Below, in pieces: positions 37,696-47,570 of a stretch of 64,000 nt of DNA. A program made the position numbers and the translations under genes. The notes under the pieces are model-generated. The model was given only the letters and a program-made list of their open reading frames with translations. It made no database searches and was not told the origin of the DNA. Origin of the DNA: a virus; the IMG/VR virus record IMGVR_UViG_3300045119_000200, positions 8,813-72,812 of that record; one strand, given 5' to 3'. Positions within the stretch are counted from its first letter, which is position 1. Each line of letters begins with the position of its first letter.

Positions 37696-38751
37696 TTATT
37701 TATCAAGCCTAATTCCAACACAAACGGGGAATCTTGGAATTCCGTCTTCAGAATATTCAAAGAATCTGATCTCCCCTGTTTTACCGATATAGTCCTGTTT
37801 ATTAATTAAAATGTTTGCTCTTTCTTCGTGTGAAAATCTCATTCCACAACCGAACGTTCTTCCGTCTTCAAGCTTACAAATAAAACTGCCGTGTTCCGGA
37901 CGTTTCTCTGAAGGTTTTACATCAACGATCTCACAAGCAATATCTTGAAAATCTTTGAACTTCAGGAGTGAACCCGAACGTTTGTTAGGTTCGTAGCCAG
38001 TGTCACCCCATCGAATGATTGTTCCTTCATATCCCTGTTCTAAAAACTCATTGTGCTTCTGTAACAATTCTTCTTTATTCTTTACAAGAAATGTAGGGAC
38101 CAATTCGATGTTTTTAGGTTTTTCTTTATCGATAAGATAATTTAAAGCTGCATACCTTTTATCAAAAGGTAAATCCATAATAATATCATATACGTGATAC
38201 TTCACCTGTTCTGATTCTCCTTCGCGATATTTCTTGATCAATTCCATATTTCGTTCGAAGGATTCTCCATGAGCATATAGTTCTCCGTCAAGAATGTTAG
38301 AGAACTTTGGAATATCTTCAGCGATATGATTCATTGTTGTGATTACCTTACCGGTTCTGGATACAAGTTCATCTCTTTTCTTTAAAGATCTCATTCCATC
38401 CAATTTCGGTTGAACATAGAAAGGATATTTTACTTTCTTTTCTTCTTTCTTAAAATCCTTTGCCAACATCGGGAGAATTAAATCTCCTGTCATTGCTTCA
38501 GCTTCAGTTTCGTAATATCCTTCTTCTAATTTCTTCTTCACCTTAGCATTGAATTCTAAAACGGCCTGTTCTTCAGCAGTTGTCTCATTCGATCTACCAA
38601 TGTTCTTCCCAACACATTCGCTACGATTAATAACTGATTTATCGCTTCCGACTAAACCACTGGTTTGAACAATTGTACTTCCTTCAACGGATAAACCGAT
38701 GAATCTCATTTTCCCTTTGGAATCTACTTTAAATACTTGTTTGTATGTCAT
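37696..38751 (-). CDS. lig: ATP-dependent DNA ligase
   Basis: QPKLDG.R, LDGELY, YEG.I.R, LLKFK, PRFP. Confidence 0.93.
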   Translation of the reverse strand: MTYKQVFKVDSKGKMRFIGLSVEGSTIVQTSGLVGSDKSVINRSECVGKNIGRSNETTAEEQAVLEFNAKVKKKLEEGYYETEAEAMTGDLILPMLAKDFKKEEKKVKYPFYVQPKLDGMRSLKKRDELVSRTGKVITTMNHIAEDIPKFSNILDGELYAHGESFERNMELIKKYREGESEQVKYHVYDIIMDLPFDKRYAALNYLIDKEKPKNIELVPTFLVKNKEELLQKHNEFLEQGYEGTIIRWGDTGYEPNKRSGSLLKFKDFQDIACEIVDVKPSEKRPEHGSFICKLEDGRTFGCGMRFSHEERANILINKQDYIGKTGEIRFFEYSEDGIPRFPVCVGIRLDK

Positions 38752-39001
38752 TGTAATTTATTTTTTCTTCATAAACATATCCTTCGAATAAAATCTTCCC
38801 TTTATTTCCATAACGTCTGATCTTTCTCCGGAATCTAAATCTCTTTCCTTTCACTTCACAGAAGAAACTGATTCCTCCTGATGGCGAATTGTGATCCCAT
38901 CCAATTTTTCCATAAGGGAAGTACAGGATGAAATGTAGTATTGCATTAATTAAGCAATTACTTACAAATGTGTTTCTCTTTAAGTTTGTATGGTTCTTCA
39001 T
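38729..39001 (-). CDS. hypothetical protein
   Basis: 90-aa ORF in operon. Confidence 0.55.
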   Translation of the reverse strand: MKNHTNLKRNTFVSNCLINAILHFILYFPYGKIGWDHNSPSGGISFFCEVKGKRFRFRRKIRRYGNKGKILFEGYVYEEKINYNDIQTSI

Positions 39002-39030
39002 TGTTAAATTTTTTACATTTGATTACAAAC

Positions 39031-39060
39031 AAAAAGGATGCCAAAATCAATTGACATCCT
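39031..39060 (-). terminator. intrinsic terminator after RlpA-like gene
   Basis: AGGATGTCAA...TTGGCATCCT-TTTT on minus strand. Confidence 0.7.
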
Positions 39061-39064
39061 AAAA

Positions 39065-39397
39065 TTATAATTTTTTAATATAAACTTTCCCAACTCCTTG
39101 CTTCAGCGGAAACAATTCCCTGAATGCTTTGGGAGATAAATCAAGGCTCACTCCATGTTTTTCAAAGTCTCCTCTATCTGTGACCTTAACCTTGATTTTT
39201 CGATGATCTTTTATCGACTGGACTTCTAATACCTCTCCGAGTTTATAAGCGGAGGAAGCCGCACACGTCATACCATTTCGGTCAAATATCTGACCATTTG
39301 CCATTCGCCTTCCATGCAGATCATACCATTTTACTTTGTGGACTGGTTGGAACGTCAGAAATAACATTGTAACCAGACTCATTATAAAATTTGTCAT
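39065..39397 (-). CDS. rlpA: RlpA-like DPBB lytic transglycosylase with signal sequence
   Basis: WY..HGRR.ANG..FD....T.A, V.DRG.F, LDLS..AF. Confidence 0.85.
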   Translation of the reverse strand: MTNFIMSLVTMLFLTFQPVHKVKWYDLHGRRMANGQIFDRNGMTCAASSAYKLGEVLEVQSIKDHRKIKVKVTDRGDFEKHGVSLDLSPKAFRELFPLKQGVGKVYIKKL

Positions 39398-39412
39398 AAC
39401 TGTTGTTTAATG

Positions 39413-39444
39413 AAAAAGGCCCTGACGAGCAGAGCCTTTTAAAA
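39413..39444 (-). terminator. terminator-like hairpin in RlpA leader
   Basis: AAAAGGCTCTG-CTCGT-CAGGGCCTTTTT. Confidence 0.6.
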
Positions 39445-39451
39445 TGATTTG

Positions 39452-39480
39452 CAAAGATACGGATTATATTTAGAAGTCAA
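39452..39480 (-). promoter_or_regulatory. -33/-7 promoter
   Basis: TTG-N18-TATCTTTG on minus strand. Confidence 0.6.
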
Positions 39481-39697
39481 GTTCTTCGAATAATCTGGAA
39501 ATTGCATTTTTTCTATTCTCAAATCTGAATAGAAATTCTTCATCGTTTTTAATACTGTCTTTCGTTGATTGATCAAATTGGTCATGCAAAGCACTTAATT
39601 CTTCGAAAGACTCTTTCAACTTTTTAAACTTGTACAGATGTTGAACCATTTCTGAAGAAACATCAACAATCTGTTTCTTAAATTCTGCTTCTGTCAT
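39470..39697 (-). CDS. small acidic helical protein (paralog 1)
   Basis: aligns by eye with 39699..39920. Confidence 0.65.
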   Translation of the reverse strand: MTEAEFKKQIVDVSSEMVQHLYKFKKLKESFEELSALHDQFDQSTKDSIKNDEEFLFRFENRKNAISRLFEELDF

Positions 39698-39698
39698 A

Positions 39699-39920
39699 TT
39701 ACATATCGTTTTCTTCGATCAGATCTTCATATCTTTTTCCAAGAGCTTTTACATCTTCATCGTTTTCAATAAGATCGTTAAAATAATCATCGAATTCATC
39801 TTCATCGAATTCGTCGAACTTATCTTCAAATTCTTCTTTTATCACTTTGATAGCTTCTAAGTGTTCAATTACTTCTTTGGCTAATTTAATGACCGCCTGT
39901 TTTACTTCTGCTTTGTTCAT
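39699..39920 (-). CDS. very acidic small protein (paralog 2)
   Basis: EEFEDKFDEFDEDEFDDYF. Confidence 0.7.
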   Translation of the reverse strand: MNKAEVKQAVIKLAKEVIEHLEAIKVIKEEFEDKFDEFDEDEFDDYFNDLIENDEDVKALGKRYEDLIEENDM

Positions 39921-40087
39921 TTCTTCTTAATTTGTTTAGTATAATATTCGATCAGCTTCTCCATACGATCTTCATAAAATAAATCGAACTCCTCGAAGCC
40001 GTCGTCATCTTTTTCCCACATATGGAACAAAACTGTTCTGAACCTTTTAGCAGGAGATTCTTTTGGTGCTTTTCTACTTCTTGACAT
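39917..40087 (-). CDS. 56-aa phage protein (not in ORF track)
   Basis: SP.KR.R.VL...W......F..FY...ME; translationally coupled on both sides. Confidence 0.65.
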   Translation of the reverse strand: MSRSRKAPKESPAKRFRTVLFHMWEKDDDGFEEFDLFYEDRMEKLIEYYTKQIKKK

Positions 40088-40722
40088 TATAGTAGTTTTA
40101 AAAATACTTGATAATATTCAGAGATCTGTTTAACGATTTTCTCAATCTTTTCTTTGACCTCGATCACTCGTTCCGGAGTAACTTTCTTTTCAACTTTCTC
40201 CCAACGATCACCGATCTTCAGTTCTTCACGTTTGAAGCCATTACCAGTTCTCTCAATAATAAACACATCTACTTCATCCGGTAAATATCCCAATTCCTGT
40301 TCAATGGCTGCTGCATAGATGTCCAACTGAATGTACTTGTCACTATCATATTTTGGTCTGACGCTTTCAATAATACCAGTTTTATAATCCGCAATAGCTT
40401 TACAGTTTTTTGTTGATGTATCAATATATCCGACAACATAATACTCGTCACCAAACCAAAGCTTGATCTTTCTTTCAAAATCATCATATCTCGGAACTGT
40501 CATCAAAGTCTTCTGTTCGTCTTCATCGAATTTAGAAAAATCATTATGTTCCAATGCTTCACCAACATCATTCCCTTTTTCAGTATAGGAGTTACCAAGA
40601 AACTTTTCTTTGAAGAAATATCTACGGATATAATTCCGTAGACTTTCCTCAAAAGTAGATAACTGACTATATGATACGAACGGTTCCCCTGTTTCTTTAT
40701 CTTTCGTCGGTAGTATCATCAT
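40087..40722 (-). CDS. PD-(D/E)XK (RecB/Cas4-like) exonuclease
   Basis: SYSQL, GYID, DYKTG, QL.IY. Confidence 0.8.
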   Translation of the reverse strand: MMILPTKDKETGEPFVSYSQLSTFEESLRNYIRRYFFKEKFLGNSYTEKGNDVGEALEHNDFSKFDEDEQKTLMTVPRYDDFERKIKLWFGDEYYVVGYIDTSTKNCKAIADYKTGIIESVRPKYDSDKYIQLDIYAAAIEQELGYLPDEVDVFIIERTGNGFKREELKIGDRWEKVEKKVTPERVIEVKEKIEKIVKQISEYYQVFLKLL

Positions 40723-41657
40723 TTACAAAGTTCTTTTAATTCTTTTAAATTTTCTGCTGTGAACTTGGTTACTTTTCCTTTCGCTTTACTTACCATAGCT
40801 TTAAGAATATCAAAAGCTTTCACTTTTTCATCTTCGTCCATAGCTTTGATTTTTTCAACCAATTCTTTTTTATGAGCAACTGTATATCTTGCTCCTGCGA
40901 ATAATTGCTTGATAACTGGAATCTGTTCTTCATCTTCTGCCGGTAAAGAACTTACAGGTTCAAACGGTTCTTCGAATCTGCATTTTCTAATTACATTAGC
41001 AACAGTTAAAACATCTTTCTCACAATATCTGGAAATCCTTTCGATACCTCCTTCAATTGCTCCATAATAAACATCTCCTACTTGCGCTCCGGAAATATCA
41101 TCTTTCGGAGAAGGAAGACCTAATGCTACAGCAATGTTGATTAACGAAGCAGGTGTTGGTGAAGATCCTTTCCAAATATCTTTCGTATCCACAGCTGTTA
41201 CTTCCCATGGTTTCAATGTCGATGTATCCAGTAACTCATGAGGTTCAACCTGATTAACCATACATCTTCGTGTAATAAACGGGATGTCGAAATAAATAAT
41301 GTAATGACCTGCCAGACGAGTTTTTGAGTTCTTGTCTGTGAACTTATGAAGATCTTCAATGAACTCTGTTAAAAGTTCTTTCTCGTCTTCGTTGTTATAA
41401 GTCTTCAGCACCAAATTATCTCCTTTGGCATAACCCATTGTAATAACAGCAATTCGAGCGAATTCCGGATGTAAAGCGGCTTTGTCTTTGTAAGCGGCAA
41501 TGAGTTCCTCACTGGTTGCTCCTTTCATCTCGTAGGTCATTTTATAGGCCCAGCTATCAAATAAAGGAGTATCGATTTGTAACTCGTCTTCTACTCTTAC
41601 TGTTTCAATATCCAGAAACAGTAGATCTTTTATTAATAAATCAGTTAGTGCTTTCAT
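40719..41657 (-). CDS. PolB-type 3'-5' exonuclease
   Basis: FLDIET, GH.I..FDIPF, YCEKDV. Confidence 0.85.
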   Translation of the reverse strand: MKALTDLLIKDLLFLDIETVRVEDELQIDTPLFDSWAYKMTYEMKGATSEELIAAYKDKAALHPEFARIAVITMGYAKGDNLVLKTYNNEDEKELLTEFIEDLHKFTDKNSKTRLAGHYIIYFDIPFITRRCMVNQVEPHELLDTSTLKPWEVTAVDTKDIWKGSSPTPASLINIAVALGLPSPKDDISGAQVGDVYYGAIEGGIERISRYCEKDVLTVANVIRKCRFEEPFEPVSSLPAEDEEQIPVIKQLFAGARYTVAHKKELVEKIKAMDEDEKVKAFDILKAMVSKAKGKVTKFTAENLKELKELCK

Positions 41658-42591
41658 TGTTTTCTAAGTATTGTAAATACAATTTGTTTGTTAATTTAAA
41701 TAACGTTTGATCATTCTCACACTGCATAACTCTCTGAACTGTTCCAGCCGGTGTTACCTGAGTCTGATACAATTTAATATGATTTCCTCCACAATTAGGA
41801 CAAGTGTATTTTGCTTTATCATCAAACACACCTAAATGCATTTTATGTCCCATGTACTGACGTAAAGAAAGATAAAGATCTTCAGTTGTTAAAATATCCT
41901 GAATATTATAATCAACCATTTTCTTTAAATATTCTTTTTGTTGATCAGGAGTTCCATCTTCAATCATATCCCACATGATAATTCCTTCATGTTGCTGTTT
42001 CTGTTGATCTAAACCGAAGAACTTCGCTGCATACTTCATTGAATAACTTGGAATTCTGAAAAGTCTTTTGAACTCTTTCTGAATATCAAATGATCTAATC
42101 ATTGTGTTCACCTGCAATCTATATTTAGCAGCACGTGCATTGATCCATCTGTTATCGAAATTGTCGTTATTAACTCCGATTACCATATCAGCTTTATTAT
42201 ATTCCGGAAGGAAATCCACCAACATTTGCTTATCGCTATGATCTTTATCCCAAGTCAAATAATGAACTTTATCTTCTCCAAGCCATTTCCAGCTAATTGA
42301 AATGATTTTTGGTTCAGTCTTCAACTTATCAAAACCAACGTATTGCTTTCCAGTCCAGAAAACTTTAGCAACGATCTGAGATGTTTCAATATCGTAGATC
42401 ATTACATTTGCTGAACTCACACGATTCTTCGGAAGAACATTCAGTTCTAATTTATTTGCCCATCCTCTAATTGTTCTTTCGGATACACCAAAGAAACCGG
42501 CCAGAAAACCCTGAGCATATTCTTTAGTACTGTTTTCGTAATGGAATCGAATTAAATCCTTATTCTCTTCTGTAAGATTCTTAAACTTCAT
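41641..42591 (-). CDS. DEDD exonuclease with N-terminal HTH and C-terminal Zn ribbon
   Basis: FGVSERTIRGW; YDIET, N...FD, YNIQD; CPNCG...C. Confidence 0.8.
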   Translation of the reverse strand: MKFKNLTEENKDLIRFHYENSTKEYAQGFLAGFFGVSERTIRGWANKLELNVLPKNRVSSANVMIYDIETSQIVAKVFWTGKQYVGFDKLKTEPKIISISWKWLGEDKVHYLTWDKDHSDKQMLVDFLPEYNKADMVIGVNNDNFDNRWINARAAKYRLQVNTMIRSFDIQKEFKRLFRIPSYSMKYAAKFFGLDQQKQQHEGIIMWDMIEDGTPDQQKEYLKKMVDYNIQDILTTEDLYLSLRQYMGHKMHLGVFDDKAKYTCPNCGGNHIKLYQTQVTPAGTVQRVMQCENDQTLFKLTNKLYLQYLENNESTN

Positions 42592-42760
42592 CTTTTATTG
42601 TTAAATTATTTTTTAGATCCTTTAGATGTTGAATTGCTAAATCAATATTCTTGATCGCTTCCTCAACATCGTCATCTGAAGCAGATTCATAAACATTATC
42701 AATGTCAGTATGAATCTCTTCTGTGATGAAATACAAAGCTTTGCTTTTATTTTCGTCCAT
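42581..42760 (-). CDS. 59-aa acidic protein (not in ORF track)
   Basis: MDENKSKALYFITEEIH...; fills gap, overlaps both neighbours. Confidence 0.55.
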   Translation of the reverse strand: MDENKSKALYFITEEIHTDIDNVYESASDDDVEEAIKNIDLAIQHLKDLKNNLTIKDEV

Positions 42761-43241
42761 ATCCTTTTGCTTTTAAAATTTCTACAACTTGTCTACAGTC
42801 TGCAACCGACATTGGTTTGAACAACATTGGTGCATTTCCTGAATTGTTTACCATGTGCTTGAACATTTTCCATCGTAATGGAAATGATTCGTTTGCAAAA
42901 CCTTTTGTTTCGATAACAAATTCCGGATTCTCAGGATCAGGTCCAACAAAGTCAGGAGTGTACTTCATAGCAAGTATTCTTCTCTTGTCTTTTAGTTCTG
43001 CATCCCTTTTCGGAGTTCTTTCGTAACACTCGATTGGATATGAAATGGGTTCAAGGATCACATATTCTTTCCCCTCGTATTTATTGGGGATTCCGGCTTC
43101 TTTAAGAAGTTCATGCATTCTACCTTCAAGATTGGATTTGAATTCAATTCCATCCATTAAATATTTTGCTGAATTTATCTTACGTCTGCTCTTTGGTTTT
43201 GAAGCCTCTGCTTTAGAGGCTTTCTTAACTATTTTTCTCAT
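42747..43241 (-). CDS. T7 endonuclease I-like resolvase
   Basis: F.S.LE, YTPDF, IETKG. Confidence 0.8.
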   Translation of the reverse strand: MRKIVKKASKAEASKPKSRRKINSAKYLMDGIEFKSNLEGRMHELLKEAGIPNKYEGKEYVILEPISYPIECYERTPKRDAELKDKRRILAMKYTPDFVGPDPENPEFVIETKGFANESFPLRWKMFKHMVNNSGNAPMLFKPMSVADCRQVVEILKAKGYGRK

Positions 43242-44369
43242 TTATTTAACACCGAAGCCTATTGCTCTTCGTTCTTTTTGAGACGTGCTGGCTCCATCGT
43301 TCATATTGAAGATTTCAGCAACTGTCATTGGCTTATTAATTTCCCCTTCGATATTGTTTTCTTCAGCGATTCTTTTTGCTTTTTCAATATCCAGAGGACC
43401 AAAATCATATTCAGCGATCAATCTACCTTTTCTTAATAAAGCTGAGTCGATATTTTCGATGTCAGCATTAAATGTAGCGATGATCTGAAGTTCTAAAACA
43501 TCGGAGAGAATACCATCGGAGAGATTCAAAAGTGATGAAATCACATTGTTTCCTTCTTTCCTGTCTTTCAAATATGTCTCACAATCTTCTAAAACTAAAA
43601 CTGATCCTTTGTTCTCAATAAGCCCACTGATAAAGGAAGGATCGTCTAAATGAGCAATCATGCTCTGAGTGATGTAGATGAATTTTTTATCCGGAACATC
43701 AATAGTAAGATTTTTGATCAAATTGGTTTTCCCTGTTCCGGCTGCTCCATGAAATAAAATAATTCCTTTCCCTTCTTCACCTGTTTTTCTCAATGTTTCA
43801 ACAACATGATCATAAACTGGTCTGAAATCATCATTGTACATTTTATCAATGTCAATCGCTAAAGGTTTGATTTTCTTTCTTTTGAATTCAAATCCACTCA
43901 TTGTTTTAAGAACAACGAAAATCACAGCTTCATCTCCTTTCTGCTGAAGAAAACAGTCATTCAGTTCTTTGGTCATTTTGTTACAAAGAGCCATGTCTTC
44001 TCCATCGAAATACACGTAATCAAGTCTGAAATCACCAGATTTAAAATCATATTTTGTCGTTGCATCATCTTCACTGATGTTCGGACTGATCAGAATATAA
44101 TAATCGTGTTTCTTACTTTTGTAACATTGTTGATAAGCAAAGAATTCTTTTTCTTGTCTGTAATGTTCGAAATAAACAATGTTATCGACAACTTCAAAAT
44201 GTTTGAAAAACTTTTCTTTAATTGATAACACTCTTTCATTTACCGGAAGCTGTCTCAGCCCCAAGCTACTAAAAATATTATAAGGACCAGCTGGAACGCC
44301 TGATACAATAACTGTATCTCGATTACCATCTAAAAGATGTTTTGCTCCTCTATCATATTCTATTTTCAT
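43242..44369 (-). CDS. AAA+ ATPase (BCS1-like)
   Basis: GAAGTGKT, LVLEDCE, LLNLSDG, D.ALLRKGR. Confidence 0.88.
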   Translation of the reverse strand: MKIEYDRGAKHLLDGNRDTVIVSGVPAGPYNIFSSLGLRQLPVNERVLSIKEKFFKHFEVVDNIVYFEHYRQEKEFFAYQQCYKSKKHDYYILISPNISEDDATTKYDFKSGDFRLDYVYFDGEDMALCNKMTKELNDCFLQQKGDEAVIFVVLKTMSGFEFKRKKIKPLAIDIDKMYNDDFRPVYDHVVETLRKTGEEGKGIILFHGAAGTGKTNLIKNLTIDVPDKKFIYITQSMIAHLDDPSFISGLIENKGSVLVLEDCETYLKDRKEGNNVISSLLNLSDGILSDVLELQIIATFNADIENIDSALLRKGRLIAEYDFGPLDIEKAKRIAEENNIEGEINKPMTVAEIFNMNDGASTSQKERRAIGFGVK

Positions 44370-46432
44370 AATTCTATTTTTGGTTTACGAACCGGACTAG
44401 GTTTAATAACAGCTGGCCTACCATATTTTTCAATAAGCCAATCCTGTTTACAATCATCAAATTGTCTTTGAGTCGGGATCTTGTTAATACAAAATTTTAA
44501 ATATTTTTCTTCTGCTTTAGCAGCTTTTTCAGCTTCTCTTGCTGCTCTTCTTTCATTCTCAATACGTTCAGCCGTTCCATCGATAACATGGATAATTTTA
44601 TAACATTCTGCGATATAATAATCGTAATCAATATTATATTCATCAAATGGTTTTTCAACGAATTTATTAAAAACTGTCACCTTTCTTCCACCTGCTTCAA
44701 TCAATTCTGATTTCTCAGGGGTTGATTTGGTGAATAATTGTCCATCTGTAGAAACAAAATATCTATTGTTTTTCTGCTGCAACACTCTGTTTCCTCCGTC
44801 TTCATCATGGGTTTCGGCAATCCATCCTTTTGAGATATTCGCCTGTTTACCAAAATCATACAAATTCGTACACGATGTTACTGTTTCTTCTACAGGAACA
44901 TTTTCAAAATAAAACTTCTCCAACGCATAAGCAACAATCGGTTGATTCAATGCTTTATGATAAGTTTCTTCTTCTAACATTTGAGCGTAAGTAACGAACG
45001 CTCCTTTTCTCTTGATCTTTCCTTTAGCGGATTTCGAAGCGTAGTTGTTGACATCACGAATAATCATTTTGTCATATGCAACATACTCCAATCCAAGGTG
45101 AGTGTGTTCTTCCCATGCTTGACATGTGTTGTAGAACAATCTTTTTTTGCTTTCCGGAATCATGACAGTGATACCATCGGTATTGATCTGTAACATTTTT
45201 AGTTCCGGAATCGCAAGCTTAACTCTTTCAGAAAGCATACAAAGACCAAGTTGACCAGCGATCGTTGTTTTGATCGTATATAACGGATCATACAACCAGC
45301 TGAATTCTGAGTTCGATTTCCCATACACTGAGTTAGCGGATAATTTAAATCCGTTTGTCATCACCTTATCACCTTCAGCTTTCGCTTTCAGTCTTGGTTT
45401 AACAATTCCATCTTCGTAGACAGTTACAAACTCTTTTCCTAAGTGGGCAGGGAAAATACCTAATGCTATTGCTAAAGATGGATACAGAGAGTTAACATCA
45501 ATGTCAACAATGATCCATCCGTCTTTTGATTCATAAACACCGGCTCTGGTACATCCATGTATTCCACCGGTCCCTAAATCAAATGTAAATCCTTCATGTT
45601 CAAATGAATACTTGAAAGATCCTTTTAATTCCGTCACCACAATTCCTTCCAGATATTTCTGAAGTTCAAGGAATTCAGGTGTTTTAAAGTCTAAGAACCA
45701 AGGTAGGATTTCTTTAAATTTAAAAACCTTTCTTGGAGTTCTCAGCTTTCTTACTTCAGATTCTTTTCTACCAGTTGCCTCGCAGTAAAGTTTCAGAGTA
45801 AGTTCTTCCCCGATCTTCGAATCGGAAAAGTTCATGCATCGTAGTCCGTATTTATTATAAAGACCTTTGCGAAGTTCTATCTTTTCAAGAGTCTTGGTAT
45901 AAAAATCATATGTAGACAAAACATCATTTAAGTTATAATCAAGAATTTCCTGTACCTGTTCATATGTTTCAATCGTATCTGTATGTTGATACGGCATATC
46001 CTGTACATTTGGATAACGCAAAGCAATCTGAAGTTTTTTCAAACTGGTCATCCTTGCTTTATTATCATAATGCCAGATCTTAAACAGATCTAATTGAGGA
46101 ACTTTGATAAACTTATCTTTGACATTAGGCCATTGATCTTTAATTGTTTCCTGAGCGCACTTGTAGATCAACTTAGCAATTTGATCTCCTGAGAGATGAT
46201 CCCAGTTATATCCTTCATTCATAATAAAGTGAATAACTGGGTAGTCAAATCCAAGATTGTTGAAGCCTATTCCGCCTCCACAACTTTCTAAATGTTCTAA
46301 TAATTCTGGGAGTTGATTCACATCACCCCAGATAACGAACTGAACTACTTCCTTCGTTTCCCTATTCTGCGCAGTGTAAGTGAACAGATTGGAAATCGTT
46401 TCGATGTCATAAGTCCAGACTCCGTTTGTCAT
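44366..46432 (-). CDS. polB: family B DNA polymerase
   Basis: YDIET exo; DVNSLYP, K...NSVYGK, NTDG. Confidence 0.9.
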   Translation of the reverse strand: MTNGVWTYDIETISNLFTYTAQNRETKEVVQFVIWGDVNQLPELLEHLESCGGGIGFNNLGFDYPVIHFIMNEGYNWDHLSGDQIAKLIYKCAQETIKDQWPNVKDKFIKVPQLDLFKIWHYDNKARMTSLKKLQIALRYPNVQDMPYQHTDTIETYEQVQEILDYNLNDVLSTYDFYTKTLEKIELRKGLYNKYGLRCMNFSDSKIGEELTLKLYCEATGRKESEVRKLRTPRKVFKFKEILPWFLDFKTPEFLELQKYLEGIVVTELKGSFKYSFEHEGFTFDLGTGGIHGCTRAGVYESKDGWIIVDIDVNSLYPSLAIALGIFPAHLGKEFVTVYEDGIVKPRLKAKAEGDKVMTNGFKLSANSVYGKSNSEFSWLYDPLYTIKTTIAGQLGLCMLSERVKLAIPELKMLQINTDGITVMIPESKKRLFYNTCQAWEEHTHLGLEYVAYDKMIIRDVNNYASKSAKGKIKRKGAFVTYAQMLEEETYHKALNQPIVAYALEKFYFENVPVEETVTSCTNLYDFGKQANISKGWIAETHDEDGGNRVLQQKNNRYFVSTDGQLFTKSTPEKSELIEAGGRKVTVFNKFVEKPFDEYNIDYDYYIAECYKIIHVIDGTAERIENERRAAREAEKAAKAEEKYLKFCINKIPTQRQFDDCKQDWLIEKYGRPAVIKPSPVRKPKIEL

Positions 46433-47076
46433 TAGAATTTTTTACCTCCGTTTTTTAATCTGTTCTCTTGCTTATGATCTGCTCTTTGAGCGTTGTAAGC
46501 CAATTTCTCAACTATTGCTCCACCAAGATCATAACCCCAACGACCACAATAATCAGCGATTCTGATCACAGCGTCTGCCAATTCTACTTCTGGCATTGGT
46601 CTGTTTGGTAAATGGTCATCCATCAATCCTTTTCTTTCACCTTCCATTGCTTCAGAAATCTCTGAATGGATTAAGCAAAGCATCTCCGCTCTATTTCTGT
46701 CAAGAAGCTGACCTGTTCCGACTGCTGTATGCCAACCACCTGCGTACGAAGCTTTATAACAAACATCAACTAATGTGTTGACAGATGTAGCCAAAGCAGC
46801 GTCTTTTTGGGTATGCATTTCGTCCAAATTTCCATTATCTTCAATTTCTGGTAGGATTATATCAGAAGTGTCAATCGAATCGATTTTTTCACGATTTGTA
46901 TCTTTTTTCCATTCTCTGATCCATAAAGCAGATAAAATGAAATTTGCAATACCATATGTGATGTCAATCCAAATCAATGAACCATTAAGATAACTTCCCG
47001 TTACAGAAACGATACTGAGGATTATAAGTGCGATCGGAAGCCAAAGCCCGAATAGGCTATCAAAAAATTTTCTCAT
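46432..47076 (-). CDS. mazG: MazG-like NTP pyrophosphohydrolase with N-terminal TM helices
   Basis: HSEISEAME...ELADAVIRIAD...K..YN..R. Confidence 0.8.
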   Translation of the reverse strand: MRKFFDSLFGLWLPIALIILSIVSVTGSYLNGSLIWIDITYGIANFILSALWIREWKKDTNREKIDSIDTSDIILPEIEDNGNLDEMHTQKDAALATSVNTLVDVCYKASYAGGWHTAVGTGQLLDRNRAEMLCLIHSEISEAMEGERKGLMDDHLPNRPMPEVELADAVIRIADYCGRWGYDLGGAIVEKLAYNAQRADHKQENRLKNGGKKF

Positions 47077-47079
47077 TGT

Positions 47080-47316
47080 TTAATTTATTTGTTGTACTGT
47101 TAATATCTGTTTAAACACTAAATTTATTTCATTAAGAGTATATGGATAATTTGTCCCATTAATAATAAGATCTAAATTAACTCTTTTACTCCAAGCTTTA
47201 CCTACAGGCATCTCAATCTTGAACACATCGTGTTCTTTTAGTTGGGAGAAACCCTTTCGAGTTGTTGACTTTTTAATATCAACGACTGAAAAGGTTCCGG
47301 ATAATTTGTTAATCAT
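47080..47316 (-). CDS. hypothetical protein
   Basis: coupled ORF. Confidence 0.55.
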   Translation of the reverse strand: MINKLSGTFSVVDIKKSTTRKGFSQLKEHDVFKIEMPVGKAWSKRVNLDLIINGTNYPYTLNEINLVFKQILTVQQIN

Positions 47317-47552
47317 TAATTTTGTAATTCGATTACACCATTAAATTTTTTGAATTCAGCTTTATTAAAAGAATCTGTTAAATAACCGATTCCGTATCCT
47401 GATTCAAAATCAAAAATTATAACTCCTGTGAATTGAGTTTCGTATTCACCTTTTCCTGTAACTAATACAATATAATTACAATCATCATTTTCATATTCGA
47501 CCATCTCTCCTTTTTCAAAATCTGGAAGTTTTTCAATCTTAGAACTTTTCAT
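47316..47552 (-). CDS. hypothetical SH3-like small protein
   Basis: F.KG.MV...IVLVTG...FTG. Confidence 0.55.
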   Translation of the reverse strand: MKSSKIEKLPDFEKGEMVEYENDDCNYIVLVTGKGEYETQFTGVIIFDFESGYGIGYLTDSFNKAEFKKFNGVIELQN

Positions 47553-47570
47553 TTTATTTAATTTAAATTG

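Noticed and set aside
45161-45173. CATGACAGTGATA copy inside the polymerase gene
   Set aside because: Encodes conserved residues next to the NTDG motif; likely coincidental.
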